From Thermoplasmata archaeon (GTDB lineage Archaea; Thermoplasmatota; Thermoplasmata; RBG-16-68-12), in contig DATESQ010000009.1 of the NCBI GenBank assembly GCA_035283985.1, positions 953 through 64,952 on the forward strand: a stretch of DNA of 64,000 nucleotides. The letters run 5' to 3'. The notes under the pieces were generated by a model. It saw nothing but the letters and a program-made list of their open reading frames with translations. It searched no databases and was not told the DNA's origin. A program made the position numbers and the translations under genes. Each line of letters starts with the position of its first letter. The stretch's first letter is position 1. Below, in pieces: positions 36,907 through 46,007 of this stretch.

Positions 36907-36988
36907 CTCTAGTGCAATTCCTTCTCATCGAGTGGAATGTAGCGAAACGTATTTGTGCTGGCCGTGGCCTAGTTTTCCTGTGAGCGTG

Positions 36989-37162
36989 ATGGACCTCGAG
37001 GAGTCGTACACCGAACGCGGTGTGGCGGAAGAGCCGTCGCTGCGCCGGATGTATCGACACGTCGAGATTACGGAGGAGAACATCCGCATTATCTTCGGAA
37101 TGTCGATGGATGCATTCTTCGCGGCCGTCGCGCGAAAACTCGGGTACGCGATTGAAGGCTGA
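36989..37162 (+). CDS. Small hypothetical protein (58 aa)
   Basis: Only the C-terminal 58 codons of a longer Ser/Arg-rich ORF look protein-like (MDLEESYTERGVAEE...IRIIFGMSMDAFFAAVARKLGY). It is weakly supported. Confidence 0.25.
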   Translation: MDLEESYTERGVAEEPSLRRMYRHVEITEENIRIIFGMSMDAFFAAVARKLGYAIEG

Positions 37163-37206
37163 TGCTCGAGAAAGGCTTTCTAGCGACGCGCGCGTGACCC
37201 GGAGGG

Positions 37207-37797
37207 ATGCGACGGTTCATCGTCGTGGGACACCGAGCCGTGACTACGGCGGAGTTTCCTCTCAACGACCTCGCGGGTGCGGCGGGCCGCATGGACCTCC
37301 TGCTCAACGCCGCAAATGCCGCGCTCCTCGTGTCTCATGACCTGCGTCGGGACGTGGAAGTCACACTCCTTCTTCTCGGTCCTCCGGACCCGCCACGCGC
37401 GATTCGCATTCTTGGCGAACGGATCGAGCGATGGGGCCCGGACATCCGAGGCAATGCCGCGCTGATCCGGCGGGCCCTCGAGCACGGGTCCCGACTCGAG
37501 CGCGAAACCTCGCCAGGAATTTTCGCGAGCAAGCGCAGCCTCGAGGAGGTGTTGGCGGGAGTGCCGGAGCCCCTCGTCGAGCTCCTGGAGGACGGACACG
37601 ACATTCGCCAGGCCTCCCTCCCCCCCGACGTCGCGTTTCTTCTCTCGGACTCGGTCGACCTCACATCCGAGGAACGCGAGATCATTTCGAGGAAGAATCC
37701 CCTGGCATGTCGCGTGGGTCCGCGCTCGCTCCATACCGACCACGTGATCGCGATCATCCACAACGAGCTCGACCGGAGGTACGCGTCCGTCACGTGA
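37207..37797 (+). CDS. trmY: tRNA (pseudouridine54-N1)-methyltransferase TrmY (SPOUT, COG1901)
   Basis: It is close to archaeal TrmY throughout (RFIVVGHRA...DLAGAAGRMDLL...SHDLRRDV...HTDHVIAIIHNELD). Confidence 0.8.
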   Translation: MRRFIVVGHRAVTTAEFPLNDLAGAAGRMDLLLNAANAALLVSHDLRRDVEVTLLLLGPPDPPRAIRILGERIERWGPDIRGNAALIRRALEHGSRLERETSPGIFASKRSLEEVLAGVPEPLVELLEDGHDIRQASLPPDVAFLLSDSVDLTSEEREIISRKNPLACRVGPRSLHTDHVIAIIHNELDRRYASVT

Positions 37798-38866
37798 GCT
37801 CGTGGAGAACTCTCCGGACGTTCGAAAGGCCGCGGCGGAACACGCCACTGTCCCCGCCAAGGCCGATCCGGAAGTGGTCCTGCGTTCCGAAGAATCGGCC
37901 GTGCGCGATGACGGTCCGATGCTTCGTCAGGAGCCGCTGCTCGAGCGCCGTGACGTCGACATCGGAATGGGGGAAGTAGAGGTTCCCGACTTCGGGGACC
38001 TCGCCGTGGAGGGCGGGCATCCTCTCGATGGCGTCCCTCAGGATCCTTCGGTTCTCGTCCGTGATCGTCTTCGCACGTCGAACGAAGAACCCATGGCGCT
38101 GAAGTGCCCACGTCGCGATGACCTGGCTCACGACGGACGTCGCCGCCGTTGTGTAATCCTTCACGGCCTTCGCCTTCTCGAGGACTTCCGGGTCGGCGAC
38201 GACCCACCCCACGCGGAGGGCCCCGAGGCCGAACAGCTTCGTGACGGTAGAGATCGCAATCATGTGGGGACCTAGGTTCGCAACGCTCGGGGGCGCCTTC
38301 GAGAACCCCATCTCGCGAAACGTCTCGTCGACGAGGACGTAGGCGCCGGCCTCTGCCGCAAGGTCCGCAAGCTCTCGGAGTTCGCCGCGCGAGATCGCCG
38401 AGGAGGTCGGGTTCGCGAGGTTCGCAAACACGAGGAGCCGCGCACCGCCTCGCAACGCCTTGCGGAGGGCGCGCATGTCGAGCGCCCATCCGTTCGAACA
38501 ATCACGGGCGACCGGAACGACGCGGGCCCCCAGGCCCACCGGGCAATCCCGCAACGGGGAATACATGGGGAGGTCGACGACCACGCGATCGCCCGGGCGC
38601 ACGAGCGCCGCGTTCACGAGGAAATTTGCTTCCGTCGCGCCGTTCGTCACGAGCACTCGATCCGGGTCCACGCCATGGCGCTTCGCGATGCGCTTCCTGA
38701 GATCGGGCATCCCCCGGAGGTCGACCCAGACCGTGTCGATGTCCATCGGGAACTCGCGGTGGAACTCCCGTAACGGGAATTCCCTCATGTCGGAGAACGA
38801 GATGTTGAGGAACCGCCCGCGGAGCCGCTCGTAAAAGTGGAGGTGCTCGAAGGGCGGGAACTGCAT
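37790..38866 (-). CDS. Class I/II PLP-dependent aminotransferase (HisC/CobD-like)
   Basis: The fold pattern is NPTS...YVLVDETF...TVTKLFGLGALRVGW; the T-K pair is at the Lys-PLP site. Confidence 0.75.
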   Translation of the reverse strand: MQFPPFEHLHFYERLRGRFLNISFSDMREFPLREFHREFPMDIDTVWVDLRGMPDLRKRIAKRHGVDPDRVLVTNGATEANFLVNAALVRPGDRVVVDLPMYSPLRDCPVGLGARVVPVARDCSNGWALDMRALRKALRGGARLLVFANLANPTSSAISRGELRELADLAAEAGAYVLVDETFREMGFSKAPPSVANLGPHMIAISTVTKLFGLGALRVGWVVADPEVLEKAKAVKDYTTAATSVVSQVIATWALQRHGFFVRRAKTITDENRRILRDAIERMPALHGEVPEVGNLYFPHSDVDVTALEQRLLTKHRTVIAHGRFFGTQDHFRIGLGGDSGVFRRGLSNVRRVLHELT

Positions 38867-38954
38867 AGCGTGCGGATGCGAAACGGCTTGATGAACTTTG
38901 AGAGCATGCTAAGAACGTCTAAATAGACCGAGACGGTAGCGCCCGCCGTTCTCC

Positions 38955-40145
38955 ATGGCGGGGGAGTCTCCGACGCGGGAATTCTTCATCGCGACGCCGG
39001 AGGAAATCCGCGCGGGCAAGACGTCGGACATCTACTTCATCCGTACCCTCGAGGTCCTCAAGAAGGCCCGGAAGGACCGCACGAAGGTCGTCCTCGAGAC
39101 GACCGTGCAGAGCCTCCCGAACGGCTGGCCATGGGCCGTGTTCTTGGGTCTCACGGAGGTCCTGAACCTCCTCCGCGGGAAGCCGCTCGATGCGTGGGCC
39201 CTCCCGGAGGGCACGATCTTCACGCCGAAGACGCCACGTGGGATCCCCGTCCCCGTCCTCGTCGTCGAGGGACCGTACGGCGAGTTCTGCATCTACGAGA
39301 CGCCCGTCCTCGGCTTCCTGTGCCAGTCAAGTGGGATCGCGACGAAGGCCGCCCGCATCCGGAAGGTCGCGGGGACCCGCGAGGTGATCTCGTTCGGTGT
39401 CCGGCGGATGCATCCCGCCCTCGCGCCCCTCATCGAGCGGTGCGTGTACATCGGCGGCCTCGACGCGGTCACAACGCCCCTCGGCGCGGCGATCCTCGGC
39501 AAGGAGCCCGTCGGCACGATGCCCCACGCGCTCGCGATTGTGATGGGCGGGCCGCGGGAGGCATTCCTCGCCCTCCAGAAACACCTCGAGAAGCGCCTGC
39601 CCCGGATCGCGCTCGTCGACACGTTCTACGACGAGAAGACGGAATCGATGATCGCGATCGAGGCGATCAAGGGCCTCGCGGGCGTGCGGCTCGACACGCC
39701 GTCCTCCCGCCGCGGGAACTTCCCCGCGATCGTGCAAGAGGTCCGGTGGGAGCTCGACCTGCGTGGGCGCAAGGACGCGAAGATTTTCGTGAGCGGCGGG
39801 CTCGACGAAGCCTCGCTCCCCGTCCTCGCGGCCGCAGGCGCGGATGGCTTTGGGATCGGCACGTCGCTCTCGAACGCCCCCACGGTCGACTTTGCGATGG
39901 ACATCGTCGAGCGGGAGGGGAAGCCGATTGCGAAGCGCGGGAAGTTCGCGGGCCGGAAGGTGCTGATGCGGTGCAACCAGTGCGCAACCTTCGAGGTCGG
40001 CACCCGCAAGTGCCCGACGTGTGGGGGGAGGATGGCCTCCGCGCTCGTGAAGGTCCTCGACAAGGGCCGATTCACGCGGAAACCGCCAAGCGCGGACGCG
40101 ATCCGCGCGTACGTTCTCGAGCAGCTCCGGAGCCGGACTCCATAG
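38955..40145 (+). CDS. Nicotinate phosphoribosyltransferase (archaeal type) with a C-terminal zinc ribbon
   Basis: The PRTase type II motifs are GTMPHALAIV and VRLDTPSSRRGNF. The C-terminal ribbon is CNQCATFEVGTRKCPTCGG. Confidence 0.85.
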   Translation: MAGESPTREFFIATPEEIRAGKTSDIYFIRTLEVLKKARKDRTKVVLETTVQSLPNGWPWAVFLGLTEVLNLLRGKPLDAWALPEGTIFTPKTPRGIPVPVLVVEGPYGEFCIYETPVLGFLCQSSGIATKAARIRKVAGTREVISFGVRRMHPALAPLIERCVYIGGLDAVTTPLGAAILGKEPVGTMPHALAIVMGGPREAFLALQKHLEKRLPRIALVDTFYDEKTESMIAIEAIKGLAGVRLDTPSSRRGNFPAIVQEVRWELDLRGRKDAKIFVSGGLDEASLPVLAAAGADGFGIGTSLSNAPTVDFAMDIVEREGKPIAKRGKFAGRKVLMRCNQCATFEVGTRKCPTCGGRMASALVKVLDKGRFTRKPPSADAIRAYVLEQLRSRTP

Positions 40146-40186
40146 GCGGAGACTTGGTTTTAGGCGGGGGCCGCGATGCGGGTGTC

Positions 40187-40846
40187 GTGGATCTGCCGAC
40201 GCGCGGGGACATCATCCGGACGTATGATGCAATCGCCGAATCCTTTGACCGGGCGCGGGAGCGGCCATGGCCCGAGGTCGCGGAGTTTGCGGCGACGTTC
40301 GCGCGGTCCACTGTCGTCCTCGACCTCGGCTGCGGGAACGGCCGCCATGCGAAGGTCCTCTGCGACGCTGGCCATCGCGTCGTAGGCCTCGACGCCTCGA
40401 GAGGGCTGCTCCCGATCGCACGACGCCGCGAGCCACGCGCCGCTCTCGTCCAGGGGGACGTGTGCGGCCTGCCATTTCGCGATCGCACGTTCTCCTCCGC
40501 CATCGCGGTCGCAACGATCCATCACTTACCATCGGACGCGGAGCGACTCCTCGCGATTCGGGAGATGTATCGCGTCCTCACGATCGGGGGCCGTGCACTC
40601 GTGAGCGCATGGGCCTTCGAGCACGCCCGTTCCGAGAAAGACCTCGATGTGCGGGCTGCGAGCGATGCGCGCGAGGCGACGGATGTGTGGATCCCGTGGC
40701 GGGGCGGTGGCGCAACCGTCGATCGGTTCTACCACCTGTTCCGGGACGGCGAACTGCGCGACCTCATTCTCAAATCGGGTCTCCGGCTGGAAAGATACTT
40801 CCGAAGCGGGGACAACTATTTCGTCGTCGCGGAGCGCGATGGCTGA
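40187..40846 (+). CDS. Class I SAM-dependent methyltransferase (Methyltransf_11-like)
   Basis: The motifs are VVLDLGCGNGRHA, LPFRDRTFSSAIAV and TIGGRALVS. The start (GTG 40187 or TTG 40154) is uncertain. Confidence 0.6.
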   Translation: MDLPTRGDIIRTYDAIAESFDRARERPWPEVAEFAATFARSTVVLDLGCGNGRHAKVLCDAGHRVVGLDASRGLLPIARRREPRAALVQGDVCGLPFRDRTFSSAIAVATIHHLPSDAERLLAIREMYRVLTIGGRALVSAWAFEHARSEKDLDVRAASDAREATDVWIPWRGGGATVDRFYHLFRDGELRDLILKSGLRLERYFRSGDNYFVVAERDG

Positions 40847-41027
40847 TCTCTACCAATCAATTGCAGGTTTCCTCGAGGCCCTCGTCACGAACCCCGCGTA
40901 CCTCTTCCTGTCTTTGGGGTTCATCGCCTTCCTGATCCTCTGGCTCACCGTCCGTCACATTCGCAAGATCCGGGGCGAGGACATCTGGGTCCACCAGGCG
41001 TGGGGCGCGAAGTGGAAAGGACGTTAG
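40839..41027 (+). CDS. Small hypothetical 1-TM protein
   Basis: The 62-aa ORF overlaps the methyltransferase stop (ATGGCTGA). It has a hydrophobic helix (AYLFLSLGFIAFLILWL). Confidence 0.3.
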   Translation: MADLYQSIAGFLEALVTNPAYLFLSLGFIAFLILWLTVRHIRKIRGEDIWVHQAWGAKWKGR

Positions 41028-41066
41028 CCACCAGGTTGAAGCTCGCTCGCTGCCATCTGACTCGCA

Positions 41067-41345
41067 GTGCCGCATACGATCGAGGTGTTCACCGACGACT
41101 CTCCTCTGTGCCGCAGCGTCCTCGACATCGTCGAGGTAGGGAAGTGCGCCTCGTGCGTGATGATTGAACGCAACCTCGGTCGGGAGACGAGGGCCCACGC
41201 GGCTCTACTCCGGAAGTACAGGATCCAGGCGGTTCCGACGATTGTCGTTGACGGCCGAATCAAGGTCGAGGGGAAGCCGGATTTTGCGTGGATCTGCGGG
41301 GACGAGTTCTTCGCGTGGCTCGAGCGGCGCTACCCGATGCGGTGA
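41067..41345 (+). CDS. Thioredoxin-fold (glutaredoxin-like) small protein
   Basis: The 92-aa protein has Cys pairs (C..C) and a beta-alpha-beta thioredoxin-like pattern (IEVFTDDSPLCRSV...QAVPTIVVDG). Confidence 0.45.
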   Translation: MPHTIEVFTDDSPLCRSVLDIVEVGKCASCVMIERNLGRETRAHAALLRKYRIQAVPTIVVDGRIKVEGKPDFAWICGDEFFAWLERRYPMR

Positions 41346-41394
41346 CCACGAAATCCTCATAAACGAAACCCGGCATCGCCGCGCGGGTCCGCCT

Positions 41395-41778
41395 TTGTCG
41401 ACGATTCCCGAGAACCTGAAGTACACGAAGGACCACGAGTGGATCCACGTCGAGGGGAGGCGGGCCACAGTCGGGATCACGGACCATGCGCAGGAGCAGT
41501 TGACGGATGTCGTGTACGTCGAGCTCCCCCCCGTGGGAAAGGTCGTGAAGGCGGGCGATGTCCTCGGGACGGTCGAGTCCGTAAAGGCCGTGTCGGAGAT
41601 ATTCTCGCCGCTCAGCGGCAGGGTCCTCGAGGTGAACCACGCGCTCGAGGACACGCCCGAGGTCGTGAACAAGGACCCGTACGGCAAGGGATGGATCGTC
41701 GTCCTCGAGACCTCACATCCCGCCGAGGCCGATCGCCTGCTCGACCCCAAGGCCTACAGGGCTTTGATCGGGGCATGA
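41395..41778 (+). CDS. gcvH: Glycine cleavage system H protein
   Basis: With a TTG start it reads MSTIPENLKYTKDHEWIHVEG...VESVKAVSEIFSP, with the lipoyl-Lys in ESVKA. This matches the GcvH N- and C-termini. Confidence 0.8.
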   Translation: MSTIPENLKYTKDHEWIHVEGRRATVGITDHAQEQLTDVVYVELPPVGKVVKAGDVLGTVESVKAVSEIFSPLSGRVLEVNHALEDTPEVVNKDPYGKGWIVVLETSHPAEADRLLDPKAYRALIGA

Positions 41779-42123
41779 CGCGGCGAAAAGGAAGCCCGTC
41801 GTCGGCTCGAGGCGCCGCCGGACGAGGTCGACCTTGAAACCGAGGTTTTCCAAGGTCGTCATCCCGACGAGGTTCAGGTGCGCGATTGCGACGGACATCA
41901 CCATCGATCGGCCGAGGATATCGACCTCCGCTTCGGCCACGTCTAAGTCCCGAAGGCCGTTCGCGGTTTCAAATGTGTGCCGCCAGCGGGGCGTAAGGCC
42001 GAGCGCTTCGGCAAGGCCCGCTTCGATGACCGTGTGGGTTGCTTCCGTATCGACGAGAACGTTCCCGACGGTTGCCGTCCCCTTCGGCCCACGAAAGGTC
42101 ACGGTAACGCGGACGTCGCCCAT
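41713..42123 (-). CDS. Retropepsin-like (clan AA) aspartic protease homologue, possibly inactive
   Basis: The motif LVDTEATHTVIE sits where D-T/S-G-A is expected (Gly replaced by Glu). It overlaps the gcvH 3' end by 66 nt, and the start is uncertain. Confidence 0.4.
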   Translation of the reverse strand: MGDVRVTVTFRGPKGTATVGNVLVDTEATHTVIEAGLAEALGLTPRWRHTFETANGLRDLDVAEAEVDILGRSMVMSVAIAHLNLVGMTTLENLGFKVDLVRRRLEPTTGFLFAASCPDQSPVGLGVEQAIGLGGM

Positions 42124-42273
42124 CGGATCGGCAGGCATCGCACACGGCATTGGGCGCTCGGGCTACACGTACATTACGGTCGGAAGTCCTAATACCCGTG
42201 GCGGGGTTCGACCTGCGAGCACGTCGGGCTACTATGCTGCCTGGCTGCGACAAGCCTAGCGTCCTGAGTTTGA

Positions 42274-42347
42274 CGCCCGCGCCCGGATTTGAACCGGGGT
42301 CGTCGGGTCCGAAGCCCGATAGTCTATCCGGACTAACCTACGCGGGC
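42274..42347 (-). tRNA. tRNA-Arg (anticodon TCG), 74 nt, no encoded CCA
   Basis: The acceptor stem is GCCCGCG/CGCGGGC. The D-arm has a GG loop. The anticodon arm is TCGGG-CTTCGGA-CCCGA. The T-arm is CCCGG-TTCAAAT-CCGGG. The discriminator is G. Coordinates may be off by 1 nt. Confidence 0.7.
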
Positions 42348-42700
42348 ATTGTCTTGCCGGAGCAGCCTCACGGACTTAAATTAGTTAGGCGCCCAAATAC
42401 TCTATCCCCCCTCCGATTGCGAGAAAACGCCCCACATTTGATCTAGGGTACCGGATGCTGAGATTCGAACCAATGGATAGAACGCGAGACAATCTGTCGG
42501 AATTGGGAGAGGGCGCTCTCGATGCAGCCCGAGGAAGATGATGTTCGGATCGGTCATCCCATCTTCGAAGTGTGACGTCCCATCGGCTTTCCGTAGCCCG
42601 TGGGACGGGTGCTCCGGCGAAGAATGAGTCCGCCCTCTCGCCGCGAAATCAGCCGAAACCTACCTATTCTCACCGGTTGATACGAGCGCGGGGGAGGATC

Positions 42701-43162
42701 ATGACGGCACCTCGTGTTGAGAAGGCGTATGAGAAGCACGCGTGGATAATCTTCTTCGCAATCGGCCTACTCGCTGCGATATCTTCTCCGATCGGTCTGC
42801 TGGGCTCCCCACCCAATCCGCCATCGCCCGAAAGCACGACCGGTCTAACCTTGGATGAGATCGCGTCTCGGGTTCCCGGAATACTCGTCTATATCGGTGG
42901 GATTGCTAGGCAACTTGGAAACTTCATGCTTGCAACTGGAGTGCTGCTAGCCGGGATCGCCGCAGTCCCATACAGGAGGGGAGAAAAGTGGGCATGGTAC
43001 ATTTCCTGGATCTTTCCAGTGGTCCTCATCATCCAAATTGCGAATAGTCTCAGCACGGGCGGATATCTCGTGGAGCTCGATTTTGCTTTCTTGTTTGTCG
43101 CTTTGGCGGGTCTATTCATGCCTTATCGAAAGTTCTTCCCAAAGCGCGTCGCGCCGTGTTAA
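42701..43162 (+). CDS. Hypothetical 4-TM membrane protein (lower GC than surroundings)
   Basis: An internal ATG follows GGGGGAGG. The hydrophobic helices include WIIFFAIGLLAAISSPIGLL. Confidence 0.5.
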   Translation: MTAPRVEKAYEKHAWIIFFAIGLLAAISSPIGLLGSPPNPPSPESTTGLTLDEIASRVPGILVYIGGIARQLGNFMLATGVLLAGIAAVPYRRGEKWAWYISWIFPVVLIIQIANSLSTGGYLVELDFAFLFVALAGLFMPYRKFFPKRVAPC

Positions 43163-43442
43163 GAGGCCAAAGGGCTGGTCCGTGCGCGCATCTTGATGGC
43201 ACAGGCAAAGGAATTCTGCAGACCACCGAGGACGAACTCGTTGCTAGATAGGTACAGATGGGCCTGCTCGGACCGAACCCGGCCGCCGGACGGAGCTCCC
43301 GCAATGTGCATTGGCTGCAGACATCACCTGATTCTGACAGCCTCTTCGCCCCCCACTCGTTGGCCGATGCAGTTACGTCAAGGTCCAAACGGCCGCGCAA
43401 CGTCCCAGGGCCGCGCCCGGGCACCGACGGCGGGCCAATTGT

Positions 43443-44126
43443 CTAGAAAGCGGTCCAGCCCGAATCGACCGTGACTACGGCACCATTGAGGAAACTGGCC
43501 TCGTCGGATGCGAGGAATGCCACCACGTTGGCGATCTCGGCCGGCTCACCCATGCGTGGGTTGGCTCCGAGGGTCTTCTCGAGGGCCGCGTATCCGCGCT
43601 TGCTCGGCTCGCCGCCCAACGGGATGCCGGTCTTGACGGCGCCGGGGGCGATGGCGACGCACCGGATTCCGTCGTTGGCGTACGTGGCCGCGATGTTCTT
43701 GGTCAGGCCGACCAGGCCATGCTTGGAGGCCGTGTAGGCCGCCCCGGCACGACCCCCCGCAAAGCCGCCGATCGACGCGACGTTAATGATGACGCCCTGC
43801 TTTGCACGCAACATGTGGGGGAGGGCGGCACGGCTCAACCGCATCGGCCCTGTGAGGTTCACCGCCAACACGTGCCCCCACACATCGTCGGTGACTTCGC
43901 CCACCGGGAGGAACCGGTCTAGGATGCCCGCGTTGTTGCACACGATGTCCAGGCGACCGAGGCCCAACGCGGCCGCCACGATGGCGTCCACGTCCGACTG
44001 GACGGTGACGTCGGCGCGAACGGGCGTGACCTCGTGAATCCGCTTCAACTCCTCGAGGTGGCTGTCGATTACGTCAGCACCCACGACCCGGGCGCCCTCC
44101 TCCACGAAGCGCCGCGTGATGGCCAA
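43443..44126 (-). CDS. Short-chain dehydrogenase/reductase (SDR); start unresolved, possible pseudogene
   Basis: The SDR catalytic region is NVASIGG...YTASKHGLVGLTK. The Rossmann motif LKGRVAIVTGAGSGIG is encoded in frame immediately upstream (about 44127-44219). No ATG/GTG/TTG lies between it and an in-frame stop at about 44220. The listed ORF starts at a TTG downstream of the motif. Confidence 0.55.
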   Translation of the reverse strand: MAITRRFVEEGARVVGADVIDSHLEELKRIHEVTPVRADVTVQSDVDAIVAAALGLGRLDIVCNNAGILDRFLPVGEVTDDVWGHVLAVNLTGPMRLSRAALPHMLRAKQGVIINVASIGGFAGGRAGAAYTASKHGLVGLTKNIAATYANDGIRCVAIAPGAVKTGIPLGGEPSKRGYAALEKTLGANPRMGEPAEIANVVAFLASDEASFLNGAVVTVDSGWTAF

Positions 44127-44368
44127 CCCAATCCCGGAACCCGCTCCCGTAACGATTGCGACCCGGCCCTTTAGCCCTCTCGTAGAATGCCTCCAGTTCG
44201 AATAGCACGGCTTGGCGGATTATGCTTTCTGGGGAAGGAGCATTCCCATTGGCAGGCGAGAGGCGATTCGGGCCAAAGAGCGCCGGTCGAAACGCTCTGA
44301 CCAGGGTCGATTTGAGGCCACGGGCCCACTGGGACTCGGATCGCGGCGCCGTTGCGGTGCGCGTAGCT

Positions 44369-44824
44369 TCAAAGCCGCAGGGCTTGTGGGGGAGCGAAGA
44401 TCGCGTTCGGATCCTCCTTCCACGTGGCGGGCTGGACATCAATGTAAAGTTCGATCTCGTTGCCGTCTGGGTCAAGAATGTACACGCTGTGAGTGACCCC
44501 GTGGTCGGCGGTGCCCACGATGCGGACCTTGTTCCTTCGTAGTGTGTCGAGAACGGCTCGCAACTCCTCATCGGTCTCGCCCACTTTGAGACCGAAGTGG
44601 TACAGACCGAGGCGGGGTCCCCGCGGCGGGGGCTCCGCATGCGGTCCGACCTCCAGCAGGAGGAGCTCGTGGTGGGTGCGACCGGAAGAGAAGGCAGCTA
44701 CGCCCGGGACGGGTGCCGGGGAGATCTCGTTCCACCCCAGTGTGTCGCGGTAGAAGCGGCGACTCGCCTCGATGTCACGCACGTAGAGTACGAGATGGCC
44801 AAGTTCCTGGACGACCATATTCAC
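44369..44824 (-). CDS. Glyoxalase/bleomycin-resistance/dioxygenase (VOC) family protein
   Basis: The paired beta-alpha-beta-beta-beta module pattern is HLVLYVRDIEASRRFY...YHFGLKV...HSVYILDPDGNEIEL. Confidence 0.7.
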   Translation of the reverse strand: MNMVVQELGHLVLYVRDIEASRRFYRDTLGWNEISPAPVPGVAAFSSGRTHHELLLLEVGPHAEPPPRGPRLGLYHFGLKVGETDEELRAVLDTLRRNKVRIVGTADHGVTHSVYILDPDGNEIELYIDVQPATWKEDPNAIFAPPQALRL

Positions 44825-45027
44825 CTCTCCTTGATGCTGTCGCCTGTCACCTCGTGGGGTGCCTTATAACCAATCGCCTCGACACTGTCACCCATCTCAT
44901 GAGTTAGCGCGCGGGTTCCTCTGCCGGGTTGAATCGGAGAAACATCGAGGGTTCGAATCCCAGGGTCCCCGTCCCCTCTTCGGGATTGCGAACCCGGTCC
45001 TCACCGGCTACCGCCGTGGCGGTAATT

Positions 45028-45840
45028 TCACAGGGGCCCGCAGGTCCACGTCGGATGGCTCGGCACCCCGAGGCCGTCGGGCAGCTCGGCCCAGAGGTCG
45101 AACGAGAACCCGCCGCGAATCGTCGGCGCGAACACGATCCTAAATCCGGCACCGATCCCATCGCTCGGCATCCACGCGTCCGCGAACGCGACGGTCAGGC
45201 GCGAATCCATGGCGTTCCCGTTGTCCGGGACATCGGACGCGACCATCCCGAAGTAGTACAGTGCCTTCAGCGCGAGGCTCGTCGTCGTCCTGACGCCAAG
45301 GGACGCGTTGTTTCCCGGCGTGATCAGGGATGCGTAGCCGGCCGGATCGCGGTTCGCAATCTCCCGCAGCACGACATCCCAGTGGCCCGTCTCGCCGAGC
45401 GCGGCTTCGATCGTTGCGACGGTCGTGCCCGCCGCGAACGTTGTCCCGTTCGGGGCGAGGAGCGGCCCATGGGAGCCGATGTAGTACCGGATCGTCCGCG
45501 TCGACATCGCCTCCTCCGCGCCGCATCCCGCGTACAGGGTCAGGTCGCCGGGCAGGAGGGTCGTGTTCACGTTCCGGACGTCCATCCGAAGAACCGCAGG
45601 GAGCGGTCGGTTCGCGTTGTTCTTCAGCGTCGCGGTCACGCGGAACACGTCGCCCGCGTGGGCCGTCGACGGGATCCCCGCCACGGTCAGCGAGACCGCG
45701 GGGCCCACGGGCGGGAGGTCTTGTTCCACGGTCGGGCTCAGCGTCACACTCACGACGGCGAGGACGATCGCCGCGAGGAGGGCGAGCCCGAGCACAGGAT
45801 ACGTCCGTCGCGCGAGGCGCGATGGGAATCGGGGCTTCAT
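45028..45840 (-). CDS. Hypothetical secreted/membrane-anchored protein
   Basis: It has an N-terminal anchor (PVLGLALLAAIVLAVVSV) and a Thr/Gly/Ala-rich body. No family was recognised. Confidence 0.45.
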   Translation of the reverse strand: MKPRFPSRLARRTYPVLGLALLAAIVLAVVSVTLSPTVEQDLPPVGPAVSLTVAGIPSTAHAGDVFRVTATLKNNANRPLPAVLRMDVRNVNTTLLPGDLTLYAGCGAEEAMSTRTIRYYIGSHGPLLAPNGTTFAAGTTVATIEAALGETGHWDVVLREIANRDPAGYASLITPGNNASLGVRTTTSLALKALYYFGMVASDVPDNGNAMDSRLTVAFADAWMPSDGIGAGFRIVFAPTIRGGFSFDLWAELPDGLGVPSHPTWTCGPL

Positions 45841-46007
45841 GGCCCGCCCAGCCGGTGAGACGCAGATGAAGGGCCGGGATACAAGTAGCCTACGCGGGAC
45901 GGGGGGGCGAACCGCTTATTCCGGCCTGTGGCGTGGAACCCGATCGCGGGGTGAGGTCCTGACGGACGTCGGGATCGCGAGCGCGTGCCGTACGCCAATC
46001 GGCGGTC

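Noticed and set aside
39131-40846. A 571-aa ORF spanning the NAPRTase region
   Set aside because: It is the alternate frame of the nicotinate phosphoribosyltransferase gene for its first 340 codons. Only its last roughly 220 codons (the methyltransferase) are real.
42440-42500. A second tRNA gene next to tRNA-Arg
   Set aside because: Only a T-loop-like GATTCGAACC is present. No acceptor or anticodon stems pair on either strand. It is recorded as a fragment within a finding instead.
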